Source: Chiloscyllium plagiosum (Eukaryota). Taken from it: 64,000 nt of DNA. Below are positions 1 through 11,880 of the stretch, piece after piece. Location: assembly GCF_004010195.1 (NCBI RefSeq), contig NC_057717.1, positions 96,930,896 to 96,994,895 on the forward strand, written 5' to 3'. Below the pieces are notes generated by a model. The model worked only from the letters and a program-made list of their open reading frames with translations, did not search any database and was not told where the DNA came from. Both the position numbers and the translations under genes were made by a program. Every line of letters begins with the position of its first letter. The first letter of the stretch is position 1.

Positions 1-583
1 CATGTTTGGCATGGGCTGGTTGGACCGAAGGTTCTGTTTCTGTGCTGTATGATTCTATGACTATGAACATGGTTAGCGTGTAAAATGACCTCATCTTAAG
101 GCTGGGGAGGGGGAGATTATAGTGCTGACTATTTCCAATGTATTCGCAAGACGTGAAGGCTACTGACAAGGCCAGGAGCTACTGCCCATTGTTAATGGCC
201 CTTTAGAAAGGTGGTGGTCAGCAGCTTCCTTGACAACTAAGTGACTAGTTAGGTGACTTTAAAGGGCTGTCCAGTCAATCCGATTGCTGTGGGTCTGCAG
301 TCATAGTGTGGGTAAAGTCTGGAAGATCATGTTTCCTAGAGGGTACTACTAAACCAGACAGAGTTCGTTTTTACAACAGCAACCCAGCTGTTACAGGGAC
401 ACCATCACTGATACCAGCTCGATTCTAGATTTATTTCATTCACTGAATTTAAATTTCCTAGTGGTGGTGATAGGATTTGAACTCACGTCTTCAGATCATT
501 GTCCAGTACTGCAGAGGACTGGGGTAATGCAACATTACCACCATGCAACCTTACCCACCAAGTTAAAACAAGCCAATACGTAC

Positions 584-707
584 CTTATGCATGAAGACCA
601 GGGCTCGCTCATGGCAGTTGTTAACCTCCTCAAATGCAGGGTCTGTGATACATTTTCCCTTCACCTGTTTCCGCCTCTGTTTCAGGTAATTGTACCACAA
701 TTTGTAA
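584..707 (-). CDS. XAB2: XAB2 (SYF1 pre-mRNA splicing factor) coding exon 3; gene continues beyond the left edge of the window
   Basis: Minus strand cag|TTACAAA...CATAAG|gtacgt, 124 nt. Encodes (S)YKLWYNYLKQRRKQVKGKCITDPAFEEVNNCHERALVFMHK, matching the XAB2/SYF1 N-terminal HAT region. Phase fits exon 2. Confidence 0.96.
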
Positions 708-1773
708 CTGGGAAAGAATTAGAAGCAGACTTAATATACAAGACCCAATCACAGTACGCAAAATCCCTTGGAAAATTCCAAGAAAAATCTGCAGGCTCTA
801 CTTCTCCCAACTTTATCCCTTTTGTCCTGCAAGTGCTTTCATTGGACTTGTGGAGTCTGACAGCCCTCTGGTGTATTTTATTTAATACCTTTGTTAATGA
901 GTTGGGGCTAGGAGTTACAAGCACAACTGTGAAATCTGCTGAAAGAAACAATGCTCATCAAGTGGGCAGATCTCAAACAGGATAAGCTAAGGAAGGATTT
1001 GGACGTACTTGTGAATTCAGAATATGGGTAACAAGTGTAACACAATGCAATTCAATCGTAAAGCCAACTAGAAAAGGGATGCCCCACTTTGTGTGGGGGA
1101 AGGTTTCTAGCTGTCTAAAACCAGGGGTCATAAATATAAAACAATCATTCATCAATCTATTGATTAATTTAGGAGAAATTCCAGTAACAAAAGACTGAGG
1201 AGAATATGGAACTCACTCTCTCAGATAAGAGCTCAGGTGAACAGAACCAATATCTTTAGAGAGAAGCTGGATAAGAGAATAAATGATACATCGATCAGGT
1301 TCTGATGGGGAAGGAGATTTATACCCAGCCGCAGAAATACCACCATTGACTTGACAGACCAAACAGTCTTGCTTCTGTGCTTTCACGTTACACACAACCT
1401 CTTGTAGTCTAAAATTGACATTTTGTTTATTTCTGATGTGCCCCATAGTTAGTATTTGGTCTGGTACATCATTAAAGTGCTTCACTAGTGAGCTGACTAT
1501 ACACCGCTGAAGTAAATACTCCAAGTACGCAAAGCCTGTTGATTCTAACTACGTTTAAACCAGTGATACCGAGGATTATTAGAAACACCAGCAAATGACA
1601 TGTCCCAAGGGAAAATTCTTTTCCATAAACCGACTGTGTGACGAACACAGACAAGACACAAAACTTTGATCTGTGCTTGATCTTTTGAACAAGCCAGTTG
1701 CTTCCATCAGTTGTTGATCTCAAAAGCCTCAATGCCCCTACTAAAACTTGTTGCGCCCACAAAGAAACAATAC

Positions 1774-1922
1774 CTGCCAGGAAGTTCTTTGAGTGCTCGC
1801 TCATAGATCATATTCACCACATGTTTGGGTGCAGACTGTTTGAACTCTATGTAGCGGATCCAACATTTAACAGAGTAAGGATTGCGAATTATCTCCTCTT
1901 CATATGGCAGATCATCTTCTTC
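1774..1922 (-). CDS. XAB2: XAB2 coding exon 2
   Basis: tttgacag|GAAGAAGAT...CCTGGCAG|gtat, 149 nt. Encodes EEDDLPYEEEIIRNPYSVKCWIRYIEFKQSAPKHVVNMIYERALKELPG(S). Confidence 0.96.
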
Positions 1923-2542
1923 CTGTCAAAGAGATTCAGACAAGTGAACAAACGAAGGGGATGCAAGAAAGTTTCAGACCCTTGGAGAAAGACTGTTGCA
2001 CTGACAACATGCAAAATATTGCTTTTGTCAACACAAACAGCAACTTGGTAAAGCAAAACTTATCTGTGATTATCAAATTATCTATTACAAAAGGTTCCTT
2101 CAAAACTGTTCTTTCCAACATACTTCTGAAAAAACTAAAAGATGATTAGATTAGATTCCCTACAGTGTGGAAACAGGTCCTTCGGCCCAACAAGTCCATG
2201 CCGACCCTCCGAACAGCAACCCACACAGACTCATTTATCCTACACCTAACACTATGGGCAATTTAGCACGGCCAATTCACCTAACCTGCGCATCTTTGGG
2301 CTGTGGGAGAACTTTGGTACTTAGTGATTAATTTGGAATTATACAATTAACTTACTCAGCAACTTGTGGTTGGCTTGGTGCACCTGTAAAAGCCAGGTCC
2401 AAGCTGTAATCAAACGGCATAGCAAGAATGTACAATCCTCACACTCCAAATCTATTTTTGAGAACACGAACAGCAATTTTACAGGCATTTGGCAAGGGAT
2501 GGGCGAAGACACTTGTGTGCTGGGGCTGCCCTGTTTTGTACC

Positions 2543-2687
2543 ATGATTTGGAGATGCCGGTGTTGCACTGGGGTGTACAAAGTTAAAAATCACACAACAC
2601 CAGGTTATAAAAGGAGCATCGCTCTGAAAGCTAGTGCTTCCAATTAAACCTGTTGGACTATAACCTGGTGTTGTGTGATTTTTAACT
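2543..2687. mobile_element. Penelope-derived palindromic mini-element, family B, in XAB2 intron 1
   Basis: Inverted arms gttaaaaatcacacaacaccaggttata / tataacctggtgttgtgtgatttttaac. 12-bp TSD ctgttttgtacc (2531-2542, 2688-2699). Confidence 0.8.
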
Positions 2688-2805
2688 CTGTTTTGTACCG
2701 TGTTTAACAACACAATGAGGTAGCTAACTGGTCTCAAACTTATTGTTTTCAGTAATTAGTTTCTAAGATGTTCATATCTAGTATCAGTCATTATTAAATA
2801 GGCAA

Positions 2806-3059
2806 AAGTGAGGACTGCAGATGCTAGAGATCAGAGTCAAGATTAACGTGGTGCTGGAAAAGCACAGCAGGTCAGGCAGCATCCGAGGAGCCAGGTCAGG
2901 CAGCATCCGAGGAGCAGGAAAGTCGACGTTTCGGGCAAAAGCCCTTCATCAGGAACGAAGCCTCGCTCCTGATGAAGGACTTATGCCCGAAACCTCGATT
3001 TTCCTGCTCCTCGGATGCTACCTGACCCGCTGTGCTTTTCCAGCACCACTCTAATCTAA
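2806..3059. mobile_element. Penelope-derived palindromic mini-element, family A, with hammerhead cores on both strands
   Basis: Inverted arms. 18-bp TSD tcattattaaataggcaa (2788-2805, 3060-3077). Minus-strand core CTGATGA-AGGGC-TTTT-GCCC-GAAA-CGTC at 2925-2952. Confidence 0.85.
2925..2952 (-). ncRNA. Minimal type-I hammerhead ribozyme motif, intact core
   Basis: CUGAUGA, stem II GGGC/GCCC, GAAA, palindromic ACGU in place of stem III, and a GUC cleavage triplet. Confidence 0.75.
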
Positions 3060-3514
3060 TCATTATTAAATAGGCAAGTCACATCACAGAATCAGAAGTT
3101 TGGAGGCCAACTTTCAGCATTCAGTGCAGACATTGTTTTGTTTTTGAGAAGTGTCTTCTTGAAGCTAGGTAGTGCAATGTAAAGAACTGAAGGGTAAACT
3201 ATGGACAAGAATCATCTGTTACCACCTTGTCAGTCCCAAAGTGCTTGCCATCAAATGCATTAATTTTTGAAGCTACTGTTCACTGCAGCTTATGATTTCA
3301 GCAGAAATTATATTTTAAAAATGAACAATGTAGGACGTACAGTTCCTGAAGGGGAGAAAGGGGGCTATAAACCCAAGAAGCTGTCAATGCCCTGGGAGAC
3401 TGACTAGAAAATCGAGACCGAGGCTTTAGCTGAGGCCTACCCGCAAAGACCGGCTCAGCCGGCGGGGAATGTGAGACTGGGAGCCATCACCCCGGAGTGG
3501 TTTGGTTCACTTAC

Positions 3515-3550
3515 AAAAATAACATCGTGCTTCTGCATGGAGCCGTTCAT
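3515..3550 (-). CDS. XAB2: XAB2 coding exon 1
   Basis: ATG at 3550, MNGSMQKHDVIF|gtaagt, phase 0, joins exon 2 in frame. Lies in a GC/CpG-rich stretch next to CCAAT boxes. Confidence 0.85.
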
Positions 3551-3689
3551 TTTTGCCCCCGCGGCCGCAGCCAACACCGAGGCTTACGTCGATTTTCCTG
3601 CTCCTCGGATGCTGCCTGACCTGCTTTGCATTCCCCAGCACCACTCTAATCGAGACCGAGGCTTCGCCAGCGAACCGGACTGGACTGGG

Positions 3690-3910
3690 CCCGAGGCGCC
3701 CTCCCTTCCGCCACTCCGATTGGTGGGCAGGTCGTGAAACGTCACGGAGCCCCCGCCCACCGCAGCCGTTGGTTGGGTAAAGCTATAGATGGACAGGCGT
3801 ATAGACCAATAGACTTCGGGTCTCTCTGCCTTCGCTTGGTGAATGCCTTTGGAAGCTGATTGGACACGGTGCAGGCCCTTTCTGATTGGGTCGTTTCCCC
3901 CACGTGGGAA
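3690..3910 (-). promoter_or_regulatory. XAB2 promoter: CpG-rich with several CCAAT boxes and an E-box
   Basis: GATTGG near 3718, 3858 and 3884, CCAAT near 3806, CACGTG at 3901-3906. Locally high CpG directly upstream of exon 1. Confidence 0.7.
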
Positions 3911-4399
3911 CTAGCTGTCCTGATAAAAGGCTGATGGTGGGCAAGTGGGACAGTGCTGGTCTTGGCATGCACCTTGAGTAGTAGTTCAGACCCAATACAC
4001 AAGAAAGGGAAGCACTCAAAACAAATGATTGTTATCTTAGTTATCTTACCTGCCAAAGGATGTTTGACATTTAAGAGACAAGCTTTTTCCTGGGGTGAAG
4101 GATTCAATAACGAGAGGTCATGCTTTCAGTGTGAGAGGTGGAAAGTTTAAGGGGGATACACGTGGCGAATACTTCACACAGAGGGTGGTGGGTGTTTGGA
4201 ACACGTTGCCAGCAGAGGTAGTAGAGGCTGGCACGGTGGATTCATTTAAGATGCGTCTGGGCAGATGCACGAGTAGGTGGGGAGTAGAGGGGTACAGATG
4301 CTTAGGAATTGACCGACGGGTTTAGACAGTACATTTGAATCGGCTCAGGCTTGGAGGACCGAAGGGCCTGTTCCTGGGCTGTAAATTTTCTTTGTTCTA

Positions 4400-6131
4400 A
4401 ACTGAAGAAGATGACATTGAGAAAGCGAACGTACTGCTTGCAGATACTGACACTTATCAACACGTGGCGATACACCACAATTAGAGAACCGGATCACAGC
4501 CCTACTCAAAAACCTTCAGATATCTGGAGAATTAAACATGACAGATTTCCAAACAAATGAAATCAGACAGATCCAATGCACCACGCTTCTACGGATTACC
4601 CATAATTCCCAAAACCTGAACTCTCCCCCGCCAGATCCATAGTCTCGCTACCCAGAACACCACCGCACAGATTGTTCAAGAAGCTACACCAAAGACTAAA
4701 ACACTTAGTAGAAGACACACTCCACTCCATTGACTCCACCCAAGAATTCCTGAAGACCGTCAAAGACACCAAGGTAGGAGAGGATGAAATAACGATCTCC
4801 TTTGACGTAACAGCCCTGTTCACATCCATCAATATCAACCTGGCCAAGGAAACACTGACTACACTATTAGAAGAACCAAAGACACATACAGCAAACACCA
4901 CCAACTTCATCAGCAAGGACAACATCGTCATGCTGGTGGACCTATGTCTTACCACCCAGTCCACTTTCAATTACATAACCTACAGACAAACCAATGGAAC
5001 ACCTGTGGGATCTCTGACAGCAGGGTTCTTAGCAGAGGCAGTCATGCAAAGACTCGAACAAACAGCTGTACCAACCATCCAACCCAAACTTTGGGTCTGC
5101 TATGTGAATGACACCTTTGTCATCACTAAACGAAACAATTACAAGAAACCTTCAGGACCATCAATAATATCCTTACTGGCATAAAATTCACTAAAGAAGA
5201 GGAAAACAACAACAAACTGCCATTCCTAGCTGTCTTAGTAGAGCAAACAGCCAATGGGGAACTTCAAACCAGTGTCTACAGGAAAACAACATATACGGAC
5301 CAAATATTGAACTATAGAAGCAATCATCCCAACAAACACAAACGAAGCTGCATTAGAATATTATTTCAATGAGCCACCACACACCGCAATGCAGAGGAAC
5401 TACGCAGAGCAGAGGAAAATCACTTATACAACGTATTCAAAAAGAATGGGTACCCAATGAACACAGTCCGCCGATTTCTCAGCAACAAACCCAAACAAGC
5501 AGACAAAACACATCCAGAAACCTTAGCCACTCTCCCCTACATCAAAGGCATTTTGGAAATGACTGCCAGACTACTCAGACCTCTTGGTGTCATGGTAGCC
5601 CACAAACCCTCCAACACTAAAACAGCAGCTAATGAACTTGAAAGACCCTATATAGCCAACAAGCAAAACTAATGTCATTTACAAAATACCTTGCAAGAAC
5701 TGTAACAAACACTACTTTGGACAAACTACCAGAAAACTAGCCACCAGGATACATGAACATCAATTAGCCACAAAACGACATGACCCTCTCTCACTAGTAT
5801 CCTTACATACAGATGAGGAAGGACACCATTTCGACTGGGACAACACATCCATTCTAGGACAAGCCAATCAGAGACACGCACAAGAATTCCTAGAAGCATG
5901 GCATTCCAATCGAAACTGTATCAACAACTCATCGACTTGGACCCCATTTACCACCCTCTGAGAAAAGGAACAGGAAATGACATCACCAACCCAAGGAAAC
6001 CTGAACACATAAAGAGAAAATGGGTTACTAACACCAGCGCTTCCCCGGAGACTCGCTGATGATGTTACCTCATATGGTGTCGAAACGTTTGAAAAATGAA
6101 CCTTCCAGCTCAGCGAGCAAACTTACATCCA
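4400..6131 (+). mobile_element. Penelope-like retroelement (family C): 5'-truncated, frameshifted RT plus GIY-YIG endonuclease, 3' hammerhead
   Basis: RT motifs SFDVTALFT, QTNGTPVGS, YVNDTF (ORF 4672-5184). VIYKIPCKNCNKHYFGQT..LATRIHEH at about 5670-5760. Core CTGATGA-TGTTACC..GGTGTC-GAAA-CGTT at 6056-6089. Confidence 0.92.
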
Positions 6132-6132
6132 C

Positions 6133-7100
6133 AGGTTCATAGTTCCTTGAAAGTGGTGTCACATCTGGTCAGGAGGTGCTTGGTATGCTTACCTTCACTG
6201 GTCAGAGCATTGAGTATAGGAGTTGGGATGTCATGTTGCAGCTGTACAAGACATTGGTGAGACCACTTTTGGAATACTACATACAATTCTGGTCACCCTT
6301 CTATGGGAAGGATGTTAAACTAGAAAGGGTGCAGAAAAAATTTACAAGCATGCTGCTGGACTGGAGTGTTGAGTTGTAAGGAGAAGCTGGGGGATAGGGT
6401 GAATAGTATTTTCTAAGGTAGTGGAGACCAAAACAAGATGTAGCTTTAAGTTGAGATAGGAAAGATTTAATAGGGACCTGAGGGGCAACATTTAGACAAT
6501 AGACAATAGGTGCAGGAGTAGGCCATTCTGCCCTTCGAGCCTGCACCACCATTCAATATGATCATGGCTGATCATCCTTAATCAGTATTTCATGCAGAGG
6601 TTGGCACATGTATGGAATGAGCTGCCAGAGGAAGTGGTAGAGGTGGGTACAAAAACAACATATAAAAGACAGAAGTTACATGACATTAGGTTATAGTCTG
6701 ACAGGGTAAAAACAAGGACTGCAGATGCTGGAAACCAGATTCTAGATTAGACTGGTGCTGGAAAAGCACAGCAGTTCAGGCAGCATCCAAGGAGCAGGAA
6801 AATCGATGTTTCGGGCAAAGGCCCTTCATCAGCAGTGCTCTGAAAACTTGTGATTTTAAATAAACCTGTCGGACTATAACCTGATGTTGTGTGACTTCTG
6901 ACTTTGTCCTTCTCAGTCCAATACCAGCGCTTCCACATCACATATGAAAGACATTTAGATAGGTACATGGATAAGAAAGGTATAGAGAAACATGGACCAA
7001 ATGCAAGCAAATAGGACGAGTTAAGTTTGGAATTCTTGGTCAACATAGACAAGTTGGGCCGAAGGGTCTGTTTTCGTGCTGAACAATGCGACAACTCTCC
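6133..7100 (+). mobile_element. CR1 LINE 3' fragment with nested insertions (another CR1 tail and a Penelope family A/B composite at about 6672-6940)
   Basis: CR1 RT C-terminus LYKTLVRPLLEYYIQFWSP..KLERVQKKFT. Near-duplicate catat(a/g)aaagaca flanks the nested piece. Confidence 0.8.
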
Positions 7101-7334
7101 ATACAATACAGCAACTGTCTTGGAATGGTATGGTCCACCATTTTAATTACATGTCCAAATTACAGTGCATTGGGTTTTCAGGAGCATTGTCTCGATATTC
7201 GTTGATTTCAAGGTTTCTAATCTGGTCTTGCTAGTGAATGTCAAGGAATGAGTGAAGAATGATATTAATACTGAATGGTGCCTGTTGCTAGTTTCAACAG
7301 CCCTCTGTTATTTGTAAAAATGAATGCTTTCCTC

Positions 7335-8480
7335 CCAATACAAAGAACTCCATTTCATTCTCCCAGTTCCTCTGCCTCCGCTGCATCTGCTCAGACAAGG
7401 AGACATTTCACTCCCAACTATCCCAAATGTCCACCTACTTTGAACAACGTGCTTTCACCCTCTTTTGTCATCCAGACAGCCCTCCATCACACCTCCTCCT
7501 CCATTCCCCGCTTCGCTTCACTAAACCCTCCCACTCTAAACACAATAAAGACAGCATCCCCCCCCCCCCCATCCTCACCTACCACCCGAGTAGTCTCAGC
7601 ATTGCCTGTCCTCGGATGCTGCCTGAATTGCTGTGCTCTTCCAGCACCACTGATCCTATCATCCTTAAACAATTCCACCAACTCCAGTTAGATACCTCCC
7701 CTCTCTGCCTTTCACAAGGATCGTTCCCTCCACCAATCCTTGGTTCGCGCCACTCTCCCCACCAACCCCACCCCCCAACCCCCAGATACCTTCCCCTGCA
7801 ACCATAAAAGATGCAAAACCTGCCAGTACACCATTTCCCTCACCTCCATCCAGGGCCCCAAACAGTCGGTCCAGGTGAGATAGAGGTTCACCTGCCTCTC
7901 CTCCAACCCAGTTTACTGTATCCAGTGCTCCTGATGTGGTCTTCTCTACATCAGTGAGACCAAATGTAAACTGAGGGCACATTTCGTCAAGCATCACAGC
8001 CAGGCCTGCAGGGGCCGACCTGACCTCCCAGTCACCGTCCTTCCCAATCCCTTTCTGACATGACCATCCTCGGCCTGCTCCATTGCCACTGCAAATCAGA
8101 CCACAAATTGAAGGAACAACACCTCATCTTCCGCCTGGGCAGTTTACAGCCTGGAGGACTCAATATTGAATTCTCCAATTTCAAATAACCTTCCTTCCCA
8201 TCCCCCCACTCCCTATCCAGCCCCTCCCCCTCCCTTCCATTCCGCTGACTGACTCCTCCTTCCAGCTCCCAACCGGATTCCTTCCTCCCATTGACCAACC
8301 AGGTGTCACCCTCTACCTGTGTTCACCTATCATTACCTCACTACCCTGCCCATCACCCCCTTTATCTGTGGCACCCCTTGCACCCACCCTGAGTCCTGAA
8401 GAAGGGTTTTACCCGACATGTTAACTTCTCCACCTCCTGATGCTGTGCTTGCTGTGTTCTCCCAACCTCCTGCATTTTGT
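7335..8480 (+). mobile_element. Degenerate Penelope-like element (RT thumb, GIY-YIG remnant, 3' repeat with decayed hammerhead)
   Basis: Homologous to 52200-53300 (TFPCN..RCKTC..; VYCIQCS..GLLYISET; EQHLIFRLGSLQP.GLN). Decayed core ctgaagaagggttttacccgacatgtt at about 8396-8421. Confidence 0.85.
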
Positions 8481-9079
8481 CTGAATGAGCCAAAAGCTGG
8501 GATATTATACAAATGACTATTTAAATATTATAGAATAATATGTATGTATATATTCTATATTAACCAATTCATTTTAGCTCAGTTCCAAATTTTCTCTATC
8601 AGTATTACGAAAGTTATTTTGCAAAAGGTTTGGTGTTGGTATACATGGAATATCAAGTGACATAAATTGTCTCAGTGTTGTATATTTTTTGTTGATGCGT
8701 TTTTCCTCGCTGTCATTTAGAATGTATTTTGACAGGCTTTCACCAAGTAGCAACTATATCAACTTGCATTTGTGTGGTGCCTTTCATGTGATGCAACATC
8801 CTCCTGTGTGTTTTACAGGAGCATTAGAAAGCAAAGCGTAACTCTGGACATGAGAGGAGATATTGAGGCAGGTGACCAAAAGCTTGGTCAATTGGCTACC
8901 ATGGAATATCATAAAGGAGGTAAGTGGAATGGGGAGGTGAGGAGGTATAGCAAGGGAACTTCAGGACTCTGGACTCTGACTACATTCCTCTTCAACAGTT
9001 CTCGATCGTAATGAAAGATTGTGTCAAGTATTTAAAAAAATACCATTCTCCAGCAGAATAAGTAACTTTGAGGTTGTGT

Positions 9080-9465
9080 GGGACGGGTGATCTAATTGAA
9101 ACATACAGAATACTGAATAGTCTGGATGGAGTAGATGTGGGGAAGATGCTTCCATTGGTAGGAGAGACTAGGACCCGAAGGCACAGCCTTAGAGTAAAGG
9201 GAAGACCTTTTAGAATGGAGATAAGGAGAATCTTCTTCAGCCAGAGAGTGAATCTATGGAATTCATTGCCACAGAAGGATGTGGAGATCAGGTCATTGGG
9301 TATATTTAAGACGGAGATAGATAGGTTCTTGAGTACCAAGAGGATCAAGGGTTACTGGGAGAGAAAGTGAGAGAATGGGGTTGAGAAACTTATCAACCAT
9401 GATTGAATGGGTGGAGCAGAATCAATGGGCTGAATGGCCTAATTTCTGCACCTGTGTCTTATGGT
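9080..9465 (+). mobile_element. CR1 LINE 3' end
   Basis: GDLIETYRIL..ETRTRRHSLRV..FFSQRV.LWNSLP, followed by CR1 3' UTR. Confidence 0.85.
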
Positions 9466-9521
9466 TGTGTGAGGTTAGACTCTGGCACTTGATGACTGCG
9501 CAAAAATTGAAAACTATTAAA

Positions 9522-9740
9522 CAGAAAAATACAGGGGATGCTGGAAATCAGAAACACCAGCAGAAATTGCTGAAGCAACTCAACAGGTCTGACAACATCT
9601 GTGGAGAGAAAGCGGAGTCAATGTTTCGGGTCCAGTGACACTTCTTCAGAACCTGGACCCGAAATATTCACTCTGTTTCTCTCTCCACATATGCCTCCAG
9701 AGCAGTTGAGATTTTCCAAGAATTTCTGTCTTTGTTTTAT
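9522..9740. mobile_element. Penelope-derived palindromic mini-element, family D
   Basis: Arms tgtggagagaaagcggagtcaatgtttcgggtccag / ctggacccgaaatattcactctgtttctctctccaca. Minus-strand core CTGAAGA-AGTGTC-ACTG-GACCC-GAAA-CATT. Related copies at about 13780, 15884+17118, 28955 and 54550. Confidence 0.7.
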
Positions 9741-9950
9741 GATTACTGTCTGACATTCTGTTGTCTGCTAGTTTATGGCTTTGTCAAAATGACTTTATAA
9801 TGGAGTGTAAGTACAGAACAGTATTTCTTTGCACTGAAGGGTCCTGCATATTGAAATTCCCTATGGCTAAAAATACATGTGAATAGACCTTGAACAGAAA
9901 AGCTGTGAACAAAAATCATTCGTAGGTCAAACAGGAAACATTTAAACATC

Positions 9951-10344
9951 TTTATTAATATTTTGCACCATTTTCAATGAGAACACAGTCAGAGTTTGTT
10001 TCAAAGACAACAAATAAATGATGACTGGTATTATCACGTGTTGGTTCAGAACATATTGGAAGCAACTCAGAAGAGATTCGGATATGTCGTGATAGTTTAA
10101 CAAGAGGGAAGGCCAGGCTAAAGCAACTAAGTCTCTGCCTCACTTTATCAGAGGCTCCAAAAGAAACATAACAGCAAGCAAAGAACGTTGCTTCAAACAC
10201 AGAGTCATCACAAAAATTAATAAGTGAAGGAAATGATTCAGCATTCGCTTTTCCTCTGGTAGTTTCTCACCCACCCTCGGTCAGCCAGGTCAATAGATTT
10301 TCCATCAGGTTCAACTGGAATCCAGCCCTGGGCTTATTCAATCT
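9951..10344 (-). other. PCP2: Probable PCP2 terminal exon (short coding end, 3' UTR, AATAAA)
   Basis: Strong acceptor ctgtcctgttttatttcag| at 10345, unique sequence, AATAAA at 9956-9951. A phase-1 join gives E-I-E-stop (10344-10334). Confidence 0.5.
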
Positions 10345-11024
10345 CTGAAATAAAACAGGACAGAATGATTGATTTGAACATCACAGTAGGTTAATTGGGA
10401 AAAGTTAATGTTTTATGAAATATAGGTAAAACACTTTCAGAAATAAATTACAGAACATTTTTTATTAAAAGTAGTGTTATTTTATCTACCTTACGGTACA
10501 GCTCAATATTTAGAATTTGTTTTGTTTAATGTCTGGTTTACAGGGAGGCTGTATGATGACTAAAATAATTGTGAGACCAGATGCCAACAAGGTTAGTGAA
10601 AGTAGAGATGTCGCTAGCCGTAGAGAGGATGTTTCCTCGTGTGGCGAAATCTAGAACGAGAGGTCATCGTTTGAGGATAAGGGGCGGCAGATTTAGAACA
10701 GAGATGGGGAGGATTACTCCTCTTAAAGGGTTGTGAATGAGCAGAATTCACTATCCCAGAGTGTGGTGGATGCCAAGACATTGAGTAAACCTTTGAAGGG
10801 TTAAGGAATGTGGGCAGGAAAGTGGAGTTGAGGCCGAGATGAGATGAGCCATGATCATATTAAATGGCAGAGCAGGTGCAAGAGGCTGAATGGCCTACTC
10901 CTAGTTGTTATGTGCTCGCTATAGCTCAGCGGATACTTCACTCTCGCCTTTAAGTCCGAAGGTTGTGGGCTGAAGTTTTCAGACCAGAACATTCCAATGG
11001 GGGAGTGCTGGACTGCCTGAGAAT

Positions 11025-11335
11025 GATAGAATCCCTACAGGGTAGAAGTAGGCCATTTGGCCCGTTGCATCCACACCGACCCACTGAAGAGCATCCCACC
11101 CAATCGCTGTAACCCTCCATTTCCCATAGCTAATCCACCTAACCTACACATCCCTGGACTGTATGGGCAACTTAGTATGGCCAATCCACCCTGACCTGCA
11201 CATCTTTGGACTGTGGGAGGAAACCGGAGCCCTCGGAGGAAACCCACGCAGACACTGGGCGAATGTGCAAACTCCACATAGACACCTGAGGGTGAAATCG
11301 AACCGAGTCTTTGGTGCTGTGAGGCAACTGCGCCA
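11025..11335 (-). mobile_element. HE1-type tRNA-derived shark SINE (representative copy)
   Basis: tRNA-like head ggcacggtggctcagtggttagcactgctgcctcacagc..gggttcgattcc and tail ctgtagggattct/aatct. Other copies at about 2147-2310, 14750-15033, 21470-21642, 22875-23185, 23659-23947, 25788-26115, 26380-26657, 27005-27300, 30477-30755, 31057-31768, 35323-35606, 41228-41555, 42000-42240, 48981-49290, 55008-55330, 56030-56288 and 57531-57768. Confidence 0.85.
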
Positions 11336-11529
11336 CGTTGGAGGGAATGAATGTGAGCAATTTGTGCATTAATTTGAAATAGAAGTATTAACTTTGTCAA
11401 TTTTAGATTGATTAAAGCCTCAGCCCAAAGTGCTTAAATGTCAACTAAGTGTTATTTGTTGGCATATTAAAGTGTTACTTTAGCACCAATGAGATCAAAG
11501 ATCCTATATAATCAAAGCTGGGTGATGTA

Positions 11530-11880
11530 GATTTCTAGCTCAGTGTGGTGCTAAGCTGCTGATAGAAAGCTGACTGCACAGGTGCCACATTTTGATCAAG
11601 ATGTTAAACCGAAACCCCACCTGCCATCTGAGGTGGATATAAATGATCCCATGGCATCGTTTCAAAGAAGAGCAAGGAAGTTCTCCTTTGTATATTTATA
11701 TTCCTCAATCAACGTCACAAAAAATAGATGCCATGGTTGTTAGCACATAACTGTCCCACAACAGCTGTGCACAAAATGGCTGCCGAGCTCCCCACAGAAC
11801 AATCGCAAGACTGCTAATTAGTTGTGAAGTGTTTTAGAATAACCTCACACTATGACAGATGCTATGTAAATGTAAGTCTT
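11530..11880 (+). mobile_element. Ancient Deu-domain SINE (SacSINE1/AmnSINE-like)
   Basis: gatgttaaaccga..ccccacctgcc..aggtggatataaatgatcccatggcatcgtttcaaagaagagcaaggaagttctcc resembles the Deu core, with tail gctatgtaaatgtaagtctt. Fragments also at about 44350-44545 and 53470-53590. Confidence 0.65.

Noticed and set aside
461-985. 174-aa plus-strand ORF
   Set aside because: Antisense overlap of XAB2 exon 3 and intron, with no recognisable domain.
2869-2915. Direct repeat caggtcaggcagcatccgaggagc x2, superficially CRISPR-like
   Set aside because: Local tandem duplication inside a family A element. No spacers, and the context is eukaryotic.
9955-10200. 81-aa minus-strand ORF
   Set aside because: Lies in the presumed PCP2 3' UTR, lacks an ATG start and shows no homology.
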